Origin: Octopus sinensis
Taxonomy: Eukaryota
NCBI RefSeq assembly: GCF_006345805.1
Contig: NC_043001.1
Span: forward strand, 83,576,001-83,640,000
Reading direction: 5' to 3'
DNA: 64,000 nt
Part shown: positions 37,357-50,477 of the stretch, piece after piece
Numbering within the stretch: position 1 is the stretch's first letter
Layout of the letters: each line of letters begins with the position of its first letter
Translations under genes and position numbers: made by a program
The notes under the pieces: model-generated
Database searches by the model: none
Told to the model about the DNA's origin: nothing
Seen by the model: the letters and a program-made list of their open reading frames with translations, nothing else

Positions 37357-37899
37357 GTAATGCCAACGTTGGAGAATTCTTGATTCTTGAGATTATTTCT
37401 CCTTCTCATATAGAGCTAGTGCCCTTTGGTAATTATGACATATCTTCCAGAAGTGGAGATAATTTTAACAAATTAAGAATTTATGTTGTATGGTATTCGA
37501 TATACTTGTATTTGTCTCTAATTATTTTTACACGTAGATGGATGTCCTTTTTTACTAACCATCCAACTATGACTGGTAACAAGATGATTTATTTATCAAG
37601 TTTTATTTGTTTATTTTGTTTTTAGTTGCTGTGTTTGGAAAAAGAGGTAGTGCCCATGGCCTTCACAAGCTCTCAGAGACAGGTGAGAATAATGCTGTTA
37701 ATGTTGTGCTTAGGGTGTTACAAGTCAACAACAGCAGAAAAAAATGAGTGGGAGGCAGAAGGGAGGGGATCTCCAGAGGATCAGTGTTCTATGCGAAAGG
37801 ACTGGATGAGGTGAGGTGGTTAGTAAGAGGCCTGGGCCTGGGAGATTGGACACAACATGGGTGATAAGAGAGGATACAAGTGGATAAGTATAACTTGCA

Positions 37900-39240
37900 T
37901 AAGACCAGCCAGGAGCAGAACAGAGGAACTACAGGGTTTCAATAAGAGATTCACATGAGAGACACAGTCAAAAGTTTTACTAATGTCTGGGACAATACGA
38001 TGGCTTTCATTGAATTTCTTTAATGTGAGAGCCCATAAGAGGGTGACATAGGTGACTAGGTTTCCAGTGGATGTGACTCTAAGGAAGTCACAGCAATGGT
38101 TGTTGAGAGACTGAGAGATTCAACAGTTTGGAGAACATGGTTGTTAACAGTTATCTCTATTACCTTCAAGACACTGGCAGTTTCAAATATTCAGCACACT
38201 TGAAGTGCCATAGAGATGGGGGTGAAGAGCATGGTGTAGTATGTGGATGTGTTGTGTAGTTGTGATGATAAAATGGTCGGATAACTCAGTATGTATAGAG
38301 ACAGTCACTGTTAGGTAGTGATTAGGTATCAATGTGAAGGGGCAATAGTTGGCAAGGTCAAAGAGTTTACTCTTCTTGGGAATGGTACACACTATAGTGT
38401 GTTTCCAAAGATCATGATACATCTCTATTGAGAGAGTGAGTTTGGAGATTATAGGATCAAGTTCCGTGACAAAATATTTGAGGGCAACAGAGGGAACATT
38501 GTCTGGTCAGTAACCATGTTGATTTGAAGCAACTGGAGATACTTTCATAGATGGTATATCTGTATGTGAAATGGGGAACCTGGAGTTGAGGGAGATACAT
38601 TCGAAGATTTTTGAAGTGTATCTAATGCAGAATTGGATATAAAATGGACAGCAAAGTTGGAGGCTTTCTCTATAGGGGTACTGCATATAGAACCATTTTG
38701 CTGAGAAGTTGCAGGAAAGAGGATCTTGCAAAGTTGGTGAAAATTCTTTTTGTAAGAGAGCAAGAAGATCAGTAGCAATTGAGTAGAGAGAATAGCTTGA
38801 GAACTGGAATATTCACAAGGGCATCTTTTTCAGTTCTGATAAAAGGCTTGCAAGAGTTTCTGTTGTTAAATAAATGCTGTCCATTTATTTATTTATTTTT
38901 TGAGTGGGGTGGGGTGAATTTCACCATGGGTTATAAGACTTGTCTTTTGGAGGTCGAACAACTGTAGCAAGCTATGAAGGAACCACTTGGGGGTATTTTG
39001 GGGCCTGACAATTTGTGTATGAGTTGTTGAGGGACATGCTTAGAAGGATGGTTTCAGTCACCCACTTAGGTGTTTCTGACAGATCAGGAGTGAAATATGT
39101 TTGCTGCCAGGAATAACTGACATAAAACTGGCAGTTTTAAATATTCAGCTCACTTGAAGTGCCATAGAGATGGGGGTGAAGAGCATGGTGTAGTATGTGG
39201 ATGTGTTGAGTAGTTGTGATGATAAAAAGGTCGGATATAT
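37900..39240 (-). mobile_element. CR1/L2 (Jockey-group)-like LINE ORF2 fragment, decayed
   Basis: Minus-strand pieces SDHF(II) (APE end), PKWF, KASNFAVHFISNSAL, WKHTIVCTIPKK..NYCPFTL, STGNLVTY and DISKTFDCVSH follow the EN-linker-RT order. Confidence 0.75.
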
Positions 39241-39550
39241 ATATATACATATATAAGTGTACTATCTATAGGAAGGATCCGAGGGAATAATTCCAAGGTA
39301 GCTAAATATTGCTTAAGTGTCCTAGGAAACAATGGACACACTTGTGTGGGATTTGAATCTGGGGACAAGCAAGATGTATTTAGGAGAAAAATAGGAAAAA
39401 TAGAAAAAGATATTGATGCATAGCTGACCGTTATTCATCCTGTCAGACATATTTTGGATGCATCCATTGAAACATGTGTAGGAAATATGAAGATATAAAT
39501 GATTTAATAACATCTTGAGTGTTTGTCTCTTTTTCTATTTTTCTTATATA

Positions 39551-39606
<56 letters not shown>

Positions 39607-39797
39607 TAGATAGATCGCTAGCCACTAAACCTTTTTCTATTTTCTTTCCCTGTTTATTTCTGTGTTCCTTTCTGTGAAAGAGCATAGGATTGAAACGTAA
39701 AAGACTTTCTCACTTCCCAAGCGTTAAACTAATGCATCTGTTTGCTGTTTACACACCTGTCTTTGTCTTTCGTTTTTTTGTAAATTCTCACTATATT

Positions 39798-39823
<26 letters not shown>

Positions 39824-39828
<5 letters not shown>

Positions 39829-39980
39829 TAGATTCAGATGAATATGGTACTTAAGTTGTGGAACCAGAATTTAGTATGGTATTATCCATGCAATTTCAAA
39901 ATAAGGTAATTAAAATCAAAATAAGCAACAAGGATATCCAGGGGTACTGCATTACCTCTGGATATCCTTGTTGCTTATTT

Positions 39981-39984
<4 letters not shown>
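39824..39984. mobile_element. Hairpin-ended short element (copies also at about 30180-30330 and 45170-45309)
   Basis: Shared body GATTCAGATGAATA..GTACTTAA..GAATTTAGTA..GTATTATCCAT and a terminal inverted duplication of ATCAAAATAAGCAACAAGGATATCC. Confidence 0.7.
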
Positions 39985-40037
<53 letters not shown>

Positions 40038-41289
40038 TCAGGGCAGGAGAAGATTTGGTCAAAGAATTAGTGTTGGTTTGAGTAGTTCAGAGAGCAGCTA
40101 AGGGAACAGATTTATTTGGAGAAGGGGTGGTGGATGGAAACTTTGAGCCTGAATAACTGGCTCTTTCAACTGCAGACCATTTGACCAGGAGTGAGACGTT
40201 TATTTGTCAAACCAAGTATTTTATTTTCCCTACTCAGATCCTGTCAAACCATCCAACCCATCCCAGCATTAAAGAGATACATTAAATGATGAAGACGATG
40301 ACGATCATCTGAGAAAACTTAGCAATCGTATTTTTCAGCAGACAGTGAGCATAAACAGTTGAAAAGTGGAACAAATATTGGCTTTCTGCGAGGAAGATAA
40401 AACTCTGACTTTTCAGACAGTAGTGCTTTCTAAGAAAGGGTACTGCTGTCTGAAATTTTAGACATTTCCTCTTCCTAATAGCATACCAATTAATTACACT
40501 TGTCAACAGTTTATACTTAACCACTGAGTAGGACGTAAATGGCTAATTCTCAGTCGGTCAACTTGTAGGAAGCAAAGTTGTGTGTCTTGACTAGAGGTAC
40601 TACCTTATGCCTGTAAATACTAAGGTTTAAATATGAAGTCTGGTATTTAATGAAATATGTAATTGAGAACTTCCAGTGTATTCTTTATATGTTTCCCTAG
40701 CAGATAAATATTTCTTACTTCATAAATAAAATAGTTTCTTATATGTAGGTAGGTGAGTATATACAATAAGGCATTGGAACAAGGAATAGTGGTTGTAGAT
40801 GAGTATATATATGTCTTTTCCTTTGTCTTTTTATTAGTGTCAGTCATTAGACTGCAGCCATTCTGGAGCACTGCCTTGAGGAATTTTTAGTTGAATGAAT
40901 CAACCCAATACTTTTTTTTAAAGCCTGCTACTTATGTTATTGGTCTCTTTTGTTGAACAGCTAATTTACAGGGACATAAACACACTAACACTGGTTCCCA
41001 AGTGGTGGTGGGAGATAAACACAAACACACAGCTACATATATACAACGGCCTTCTTTCAGTTTCCATCTACCAAGTCCACAAACAAGGCTTTGGTAAACT
41101 CAAGGTTATAACAGAAGATACTTGCCCAAGGTGCCACACAGTAGGACTGAACTCAGAACTATGTGGTTGGAAAGTAAGCTTCTTACCACATAATCACACC
41201 TGCACTTGTATGTATAAGATGGAAACAGGTCCTCATGATTGCGAAGCAAATTTCTTAGCCATTAAGACATCCTTAAGTTGCATTCCAGT

Positions 41290-41600
41290 GGAGGTGCAAT
41301 GGCCCAGTGGTTAGGGCAGCGGACTCGCAGTTGGAGGATCACGGTTTCGATTCCCAGACCGGGCGTTGTGTGTGTTTATTGAGCGAAAACATCTAAAGCC
41401 CCACGAGGCTCTGGCAGGGGGTAGTGGCGACTCCTGTTGTACTCTTCTGTCCCAACTTTCTCTCACTCTCTCTTCCTGTTTCTTGAGTAACGCTGCGATG
41501 GACTGGTGTCCCATCCAGCTGGGGGAGGGGGAGCACATACGCCACAGAAACTGGGAAACCCGGCTCATGAGCCTGGCTAGGCTTGAAAAGGGTGCATAAG
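41290..41600 (+). mobile_element. SINE family S4 (GGAGGCGCAATGGCCCAGTGGTTAGGGCAGCGGACTCG tRNA-like head)
   Basis: A/B box-like motifs. Copies at 55234-55530 and 56457-56753; head-only relative at 26101-26160. Confidence 0.8.
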
Positions 41601-44600
41601 GCAAGAAAAAAGTTGCATTCCACAGCATGGTACCTCAGGTGGGCAAGTGTATTTTATGGTAAGCCTTCGATAAACTAAAGATGACTTGTGAGTGAAATTG
41701 AGAGGATGAAAACTAGTTGGAAACCTGCTGGGTAAACTGTACCTGTAGTGAAAAAACAATCCATTCTTCTCCACACACTATACCATACTGAATGTCCTTG
41801 AGAATTACATTAAGAGTATGCATGTGAAAGATGCTCACTGATTCTCGTTCCAGTTCACTGAATAGTCTGGTCCATTGATCAGACAATTGGAACACTCATG
41901 ATTGATGCAGATAAAAACTCATTTACTCTTTTATTTGTTTCAGTCATGTGACCGTGGCCATGCTGGAGCACCGCTTTTAGTCAAGCAAATCGACCCCAGG
42001 ACTTATTCTTTGTAAGCCTAGTATTTATTCTATCGGTCTCTTTTGCTGAACCGCTAAGTTACAGGGACGTAAGCACACCAGCATTGGTTGTGAAGCGATG
42101 TTGGGGAGACAAACACAGACACACAAACATACACACACACATACATGTATATATACATATATACGTCAGGCTTCTTTCAGTTTCCGTCTACCAAATCCAC
42201 TCACAAGGCTTTGGTCGGCCTGAGGCTATAGAAGACACTTGCCCAAGGTGCCACGCAGTGGGACTGAACCTGGAGCCATGTGGTTGGTAAGCAAGCTACT
42301 TACCACACAGCCACTCTTACGCCTACACATAAAATATAAAATGTGTGGCAATATATGGCAGTAGAAGAAGATAGAATAGGGAAAGTGCAGAACATTATAT
42401 GATGTATAAGAGGTGATGGTGAATGTAAAGGACTATATGTGGTGTGTGTAAGCAGGGCTGACACTAGAAAGCACGGAGCCTAGTTGGAGCCCTGTACTCT
42501 ACAAAAGCTGAAAAGTGATGTTTTATGCTTCGTGTAGTACACAAGTCCCAGACAAAAAGTGCTGATATACTAAAAATTCATCATGGCGTCCTTTGCTCAA
42601 ATATGTGCATGGAGCCTGCTCTTTGTATGGGGATCAATTTGAACTAGTCTCTCTAATTGGCTTAGAACTGGCTGTGTGTAAGATGTGTGGTGGTGTATGA
42701 TAGTGAAATATGGAATGCGAATGTAGGAGACTATGAGGTGCATGTACGTCAGTGTATGGTAGTGAAATTTGGGCAATTAATACAGACGACTCAGGGCTAT
42801 AATAAAAGATACTTGCCCAAGGTTGCATACAATGGGACTGAACCTGAAATCTTGTGGTTGCAAAGCAAATTTCTTAACCACAGAGCCATGCCTGCAATTC
42901 ACTGAATATACCATATTAAACTACAAGAAATGTTGACCATTTCTGAATGACAATGCTGAATGGGATGGAAATCCCCCCTCCCCAGCTGAATATCAAAATT
43001 GTACATCGATGAATGCACTGCAAATGGATAGTAACAGTAAAGGATAAAGGATAATATACATTTGATGGTAGAAGGTATCTGACACAGATGGGCTAAGTTA
43101 GGTTTGGGGTACTGGAGACAGACCAAACTAGGTGTGGGATAAAAGTAGTAAGAAACCCTCAAGAGAGCTCAACAGCAGGTCTTTGGAGAAGAAACCATCT
43201 GCCCCTCACACAAGTGTTTCATCCTTTAATTCTTTACACAGTAAGTGTGCCTGGGTTGCAGCCAGGCCATGATTCTTGGGTACTCCTCTGCTGTCACATT
43301 CTATGCTATTGTCTGCATCGCAACCCTCCTGGATGGTTAAGTGAAAGATGACTGTTGTCTGTCATGTAAATTATGCCTTTTGAAATATGCTTCAATTTCT
43401 CCTTGACCAGATCCAGTTGGAAGTCTTCTCCGTTGTTTCTGGGGCAAAATAATTATATCAAGTGAAAATCTTGGTTGTCACAGATTAGATGACACCAATT
43501 TTGATGTGATGCAATGCTGTATTTACAGTAAAATCGGTGGGTCCTCATCAGAATTGGAGAAAATGGAAAATGAAAATAGATAGACAAGTGCACGAGCAGG
43601 TAGGCAAGCAAATAGGCAGGCAGGAAGGTAGGTAAGTAAGTAAGTAGGTAAGTAGGCAAGCAACTAAGCAAGTAGGTAGGCAGACAGACAATAAGAAACT
43701 GTTATAAATAATGTTTCCAGTACAACTGATTGTGTGCAATAACAAATCAGAAATCATAAGAATGATGAGATTATAGAGAACAGATATAAACAGCATGCTA
43801 CAATAGCAGTGTTGAAGTATGGAGCAATGATGTAGATATGGGATGAAAGCATGTTATGAAAGTGAAACTAATTCCAAATGTTGTAAACTGTACCAAGTTA
43901 TTTCTGACCCTCATCTAGAAAAAACTGAAAAGGACTAGTCTTGATGACCTTCTCAGTTTAACATATTGATTTCAAACTTTGGCGCAAGCCAGTAATTTGA
44001 GGGGAGGGGCTAAATCGATTACATCAACTCCAGTGTTCAGCTGGTACTTATTTTATTGACCCCGAAAGGAAAAAAAAGGTAAAGTTGACCTCAGCATAAT
44101 TTGAACTCAGAATGTAAAGACGGATGAAATGCCACCAAGCATTTTGCCTGGGATGCTAACAATTCTCTCAGCTTGCCATTTTCTCGGATTAACATTAAAT
44201 GCCCGTTATTTATAGTGCTGACACTATTGGTGCACATGCAGACATGATTGTGCGGTAAGAAGTTGACATCCTGACCATATGATCTTGGATTTAGTCCAAC
44301 TGTATGGCACCTGCTGCATGTATACTCTAGTACGGCCTCAGGTTAACCGAAGACTTGAGAGTGGATTTGATAGATGGAAACTGAAAGTACATTGTGTGTG
44401 TGTGTGCATGTGCGTGTGTGTGTGCATGCATAAAGGTGGTGTTACTGTCTCCATCGCATGATAGTTGTATATGAGTGTTACTGTTGTGCAAGTGGTGTCC
44501 TTCATCTCCAGTGTTCCATGAAAACATGTCTGGGCATGGGGTATTATAACCTTATTTGGAAACAGGTCAAAATTGGTGATAGTAAAGCATCTGGTTGTAG

Positions 44601-45569
44601 AAAATTTATCTCAAAAAATTCTGTCCAACACATGCCATCACAGAAAAGTGGATGTTAAACAATGATGATGATCATCATCATTTTTACATCTGCATTTTCC
44701 TGTGATGGTCTGGATGGAACAAGACTCCTCAAGGCTATATTCTACAACTGGATGCCCTTCCTAATGCCAACCCAGCCATGATTTCAAGTAAGATACTTTA
44801 TACAACATTGAATCACTGTAGGTTGTTTTTGTTTATGAAACTCTAAACATCACAACGCACACACACACACAAAACAGGCTTCTGTGTAATTTCTAACTAT
44901 TACTCTCACATAGCATTGGTCAACCAAAGACTATGGTAGATGACTCTTGATCAAAGTGCCACATGATGAGATCAAACACAAAACCACAATTGCAAAGTGA
45001 ACAACTTAAAGCACACAACTTTTATAAGTCCACCATACAAAATGCATTTGTATATACATCAATGACATCTGAAAATTGACACAAATCTCACCCTATTTAT
45101 TTCTGATCTCTTGGCTAGAAAGTATTAGAGATCTACTACAAGCAAATACTAATATATATATTTAGCTTTAATTTAAATTCAGATGAATACAGTACTTAAG
45201 TTGAGGCATTAGAATTTAGTACAGTATTATCCATACAATTTTAAAGTAAGGTGATTAAAATCAAAATAAGTAACAAGGATATCCAGAGATCCTTGTTGCT
45301 TATTATGATATATATATATATTTAGAATGGATTAAAAAAAAAAAACCTACTACATGCAGCTGCAGTGTTGACAGTGGTTCCACTATCATCATCATGATTT
45401 AATGTCTGTCCTCCATGTTTGCATGGACTGAACAGTTTTGTTAAGAGCTGACAAGCCAGAGAGCTGTGCCAAGCCTTATCGTATGTTTTGGCAAGGTCTC
45501 TTTAGCTGAATGCCCTTCCTAACACCGTGCACATGTGTGAGCATGTGTGTGTGTGTGTTCCAAGAACAT

Positions 45570-46010
45570 AGCTGTGAGAATAAGAACAGGCTGGGCAAAG
45601 TTCAGAGAGTTCCCATCTCTGCTGGTAACAAAGGGCCTTTCCCTCAGAGTGGAAGGCAGATTGCATGATGCCTGTGTGCAAACAGCTATGTTACACAGCA
45701 GTGAAACATGGGCTATGACAGCCAAAGACATGCATAGGCTTGAAAGAAATAAAGCCTGTATGCTTCACTGGATGTGCTATGTCAGTGTGCATGTACGACA
45801 GTATAAGCATCTTGAGAGAAAAGTTGGGTATAATAGGCATTGGATGTGGTGGTATGGTTACATGATGGTATGGTTACGTGATGTGCATGGGCAAGGACAG
45901 CTGTGTAAAGAAGTGCCGATCTCCAACTGTGGAGGGAACTTGTGGTAGAGGTAAACTCAGGGCCTCACACAGGTAATCACTAGTGACCGAGACCATTGGT
46001 GATATGCAGT
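45570..46010 (+). mobile_element. RTE LINE ORF2 C-terminal fragment
   Basis: RIRTGWAKFRE..LLVTKGLSLRVEGRLHDACVQTAMLHSSETWA matches the RTE RIxxAWxxF...GRLYxACVxxxMLYGSETW region. Confidence 0.8.
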
Positions 46011-46569
46011 GTTTGAGAAGACATGTCACACCAAGTGAAATTGTAGTTGTGGCTCATGCTGGTGTCACGTAACTGGCACCTAAAAAGTACCTTTCGAGCA
46101 TTGGGCCTCATGGAGGCAAAGTGGTTGATGCTAATAGCATGTGAAAAGCTCCTTTGGAGTGTTGGGCTTTGTGGAGGCAATGACGAATGACCAAGACCTT
46201 GGCATTATGTCACACTTGAGAAGACCCATCAAGTCAAGTAAAACCACAGCCATGGCAGATACTGGTGTCATGCAAATGAAATCCATGCTGGTAGCACATA
46301 AAAGCACCCATTACACTCTTGGAGTGGTTGGCATTAGGAAGGGCATCCAGCCATAGAAACCATGCCAAATCAGACTGGGGTCTGGTGTAGCCTTCTAGCT
46401 TGGCAGCCCTGGTCAAGCCATCCAACCCATGGCAGCATGGACAATGGACGTTAAATGATGATGATGATACACACACATATATGCTGGTCAAACTCCCAAC
46501 CCATGCATTCCCATTGCGACACTGATTCTGCAGAACTGGGTTGGGTGTGAAACCAACTTTAAAGTATAA

Positions 46570-47043
46570 ATATAAATTTTTTGAATCAGCAATGTTTTGT
46601 TCGGTTAAGTCCTATTTGGGGTGAAAAATCAATAAACTGATTCCTTATGGTGTTTTCCATTCAATCAGGATGAAAAATCGATAAACCTTATAGGATTTCC
46701 CACTAAAATTGGCTACATCCCATTTTCAACCATAACTTTTACCAATTTTGATGTATTTTGTTCAAACTTGATGCTGGTGTTACTTAGGACACATGGGATC
46801 TTTGAATTTTTAAATTCTCCAAAAAAAAGAAAACAATTGATGAGTGGAAAAATTGATAAACCGACTCCTAATGGGATTTCCCAATCAAATTGTCTGTAAC
46901 CCATTTTTAGCCAAACGTTTACCAATTTCAACAGATTTCGCTCAAATCTGACATCAGTGTTACTTAGTTTGGTTTGAAATAAAGCGCTTGATTAACTTAA
47001 TAATCCTAACTTAATCCTGGGCAACGCCAGGCTATACTGTTAG
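46570..47043 (+). mobile_element. Non-autonomous Helitron-like element (3' end clear, 5' end uncertain)
   Basis: Hairpin CCTGG-GCAACG-CCAGG (47016-31) followed by CTATACTGTTAG|T (CTAG decayed to TTAG). Confidence 0.55.
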
Positions 47044-47559
47044 TAATTAATAAATTGAAATATTAATCATATAATCAGGACCAATGCAAAGCCACAATGT
47101 ATTCATGTGTCAGGGACAAAACAAAGTGATTAATGTAGTTCATGCTAATCAGCTTTACTAAGTTTAATTAATTATACATAATACAAGTGTTTTGTCTGAA
47201 TAGATACAAGATGTGTGTGTGTGTGTGTGTGTGTATCATATGACAAGATGCAGTTGTATTACGCTGGCCTTCACCTAGAAGTCAGTGGAATTGGGTGGAA
47301 GCTAGTTAAGTGTATTTATTTAATTTCTATTATGTATAATTACTTGTTTGTAATTAGCTATAGCTGTTAGGGCAGGGACAGAGAATCATTCATACATTTC
47401 CAATGAAAGTAGTCAATACACAGCTAAAGTAGAGAAAATGTTTGGATAATGATGGCAGAGGGAGTACGGGAGTAGAGGTGCCGTATGGAGTAATGATAAG
47501 GGTTAGTGTTAATGTTGTGTGAAAATATCAGTAGTAGTGGTTGGTGGTTGTGGCGGTGT

Positions 47560-48130
47560 TGAAGACCGACCAAAACTACAACCACGAGTGTTACTATGAT
47601 CAGACCATCACCGCTACTATTATCACTATCGTCAAAGTAGCATCACTACCATCAAGATATCACTGATACTACCATCACCACCACCACAGCTACTATTGTC
47701 ACTACTATCAAAGTACCACCACCAACAACAACAACACCACCACAGCTACTACTGTCACTATTATCAAAGTACCACCATCATCATGGCTACTAGTGTTACT
47801 ACTATCAAAGTACCACCACCATGGCTACTAGTGCCACTACTACCAAAGTAGCACTATCACCACCACCACTATCACCATGACTACTAGTGTCACTATTATT
47901 AAAGTACCACCATCACTACCATGGCTACTAGTGTCACTACTATCAAAGTACCACCACCACCACCATCACCACTACAAATGTCACAACCATCAAGCTACCA
48001 CCAGAACCAGCACTCAGCTAACAAACCACCACTACTACCACCACCACAGCTACAACTGTCATTGCCATTAACTACCATCACAAACACCAACAGCAGCACC
48101 ACTGCCACCCCCACCATACCTACTAGTGTT
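47560..48130. repeat. ACC/ACT-rich minisatellite (core CATGGCTACTAGTGTCACTACTATCAAAGTACCACCAC, about 36-57 bp units)
   Basis: At least 7 recognisable ACTATYAAAGTACCACCA cores at about 47690-47960. Confidence 0.75.
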
Positions 48131-49196
48131 CCTTACAGTCACATCTCATGTGGAAACCTCATTAACTTGCTAGAAATAGCTCCAAAATCTCATTCGAATC
48201 ACATTCTACAGTCATAGAACAGAAGGATACATACGATTATATGGTACTGAGTGGAGAAAAAAGATAGAAAATCTACATGTGGAATGTACTTGGTAGTAGA
48301 TCTGGTTGAAAAGAGCTGACCATGGGTTAAACAACAAGATTATGACTCTAACACATAAATGATAAGAATTTGAAAATAATGAAGACTTCACTTCGGGGAA
48401 GCTACGATTTCAATGAGGGGTACTTCTTAAATATTAAAATGAATCTATCTTTAGCTATCTAATTAGTGAAAAACATATGATTAAAAGAAATGTTAGATGG
48501 TAATTATGTTTGCATAGAAATGTTGCGGGTGGGACGTTTATCTATACAGAAATCCCCTCTAGGCTAAGTTAGCACTCTCTCTCTCTCTGTGTGTATGTAG
48601 AGAGAGTGAGAGAGAGAGGGGGAGAGAGTGAGAGAGAGAGAGCTTACTGTTCACCTTGAGCAAGTGTTTTCAATTATAGCCTTGGAATAGTCAAAGCCTT
48701 GTGAATGGATTTAAAAGAGAGAAAAAGCTTGTTGTGTGTGGTGTGAGTGTGTGTGTGTGTGTGTGTGCATGCATGCGTATGCGTGTCTGTCTCCTTGTCT
48801 TGACATTGCAAGATAGTTGCAGGTGAGCATCACTGTCACACAAGTAGCTGCTTCCAGTCTTCTATAAAAAAACATGTCCAGTCAAGGGGGAAGTCAAGTT
48901 AACTTGGAAACAGGTAAGGGATGGCAACAGGAAGGGAATATTGCAGTAGAAAATCCGTCACAAAAAGTTCTGCTCAACACATGTAAGCAATGAAAACTGG
49001 ACATTAAAACAGTCATGATGATATATACATACATACATATATATGGCTGAGTGGTAAGTAGCTTGCTTACGAACCACATGGTTCCAGGTTCAGTCCCACT
49101 GCGTGACACCTTGGGCAAGTGTCTTCTACTATAGCCTCGGGCCGACCAAAGCCTTGTAAGTGGATTTGGTAGATGGAAACTGAAAGAAGCCCGTTG

Positions 49197-49231
<35 letters not shown>

Positions 49232-50158
49232 ATGTGTGTCTGTGTTTGTTTGCCTAACATTGCTTGACAACCAATGCTGATGTGCTTACGTCCCCGTAAC
49301 TTAGCAGTTCGGTAAAATAGACCGATAATATAAGTATTAGGCTTACAAAGAATAAGTCCTGGGGTTGAATTGCTCAGCTAAAGGCAGTGCTCCAGCATGT
49401 CCACAGTCAAATGACTGTAACAAGTAAAAGAGTATATTACACGTGCATATTACATATATTGCATATGCATATTTATATATATGTACATATATTATAATAT
49501 GCATGTACATATTAATGTCATTGCCAAATTTTCTTTCCCTATAATTGCTGGGTTTGTGCCAAAATTTAAAACTGAAGGCAGCAAGCTAGCAAAGTAGTTC
49601 TCATGTTGGACAAAATGCATAGCAGCATTTCTATGTTCTAAATTCAAATTCTGCTGAGATTGACTGACTTTGCCTTTTGTCCTAATGAAGTGGGAGGGTC
49701 TCTGTAATAAGTTCCAGATAAGCACAGGGGTTAAGTTCGTTTTTGGATTTGATTTGCAAGATTCTTTATGTGAGTTCGTGTATTGAAGTATATTCTGTTG
49801 TGTCTGGGAAGAGTCATTCTCTTTTAGTGCCTTATTATTTAACACACTCACCGGTTCAGTTTCCACTGATTTATTTATTTATTTTTTAAAAATTTTTGTT
49901 GCGTCTTGCAACCTTTTTGGGAGCTGTTGATTCTGGGATTAATGCAATCAACTAATTCCCTCCCTTTAAAACTGCTATCTCTGAGCCAAAATTTGAAACT
50001 ATCATTATTATAACAATGATGATGATGATGGCGATGATATAAAGGATAAATGAAGAAAACATCACAATAACAAGCTCTAAAGAAGAAGAGAAAAGCAAAA
50101 AAAACAACCAAAAAAGAAACATTAACAACAACAACAAAAAGGAGAATGTATGAAATAC

Positions 50159-50477
50159 CTTGAGGAACATGCATTATTCCAACAGTAAGACCAGCAACAA
50201 TGTCACTGAAAAGATCATGGCGTAGACTATAGCCCTTCATTATAGTGAGGAAAGGAAACAGTTGAATGATGAATTTGGTGAAGCAGGCATTTGAGCACTT
50301 ACAGCTTTTCACTTGCTGCTTGATGGTTTCTTTTAACGTTGGGTTAGGCCGTTTGCTACCCTCAAAGCCGATGTCAAATTTTGCCTGGGAGTAGACTGGG
50401 CGATGAATAACCACCTGGGCATCATTATCCCCAACGCTCTGTAAAATAAGATTCTGTTTTTCTTTGTCATTTTCCAT
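50159..50477 (-). CDS. SLC26: SLC26 coding exon 1 (MENDKEKQ...HVPQ-G; 319 nt, phase-1 end)
   Basis: ATG at 50477-50475. Acceptor tttcAG at 50487-50486 leaves 8 nt of UTR. Donor G|GTATTT at 50158. Encodes the N-terminus and TM1 (DIVAGLTVGIMHVPQG). Confidence 0.93.

Noticed and set aside
47877-48217. Mucin-like ORFs (MATSVTTIKVPPP...)
   Set aside because: They come from a minisatellite whose units (for example 38 nt) do not preserve frame, and no splice support was found.
11099-50477. Calling the gene prestin/SLC26A5 specifically
   Set aside because: The motifs and intron pattern are shared by several SLC26 paralogues; orthology needs a tree.
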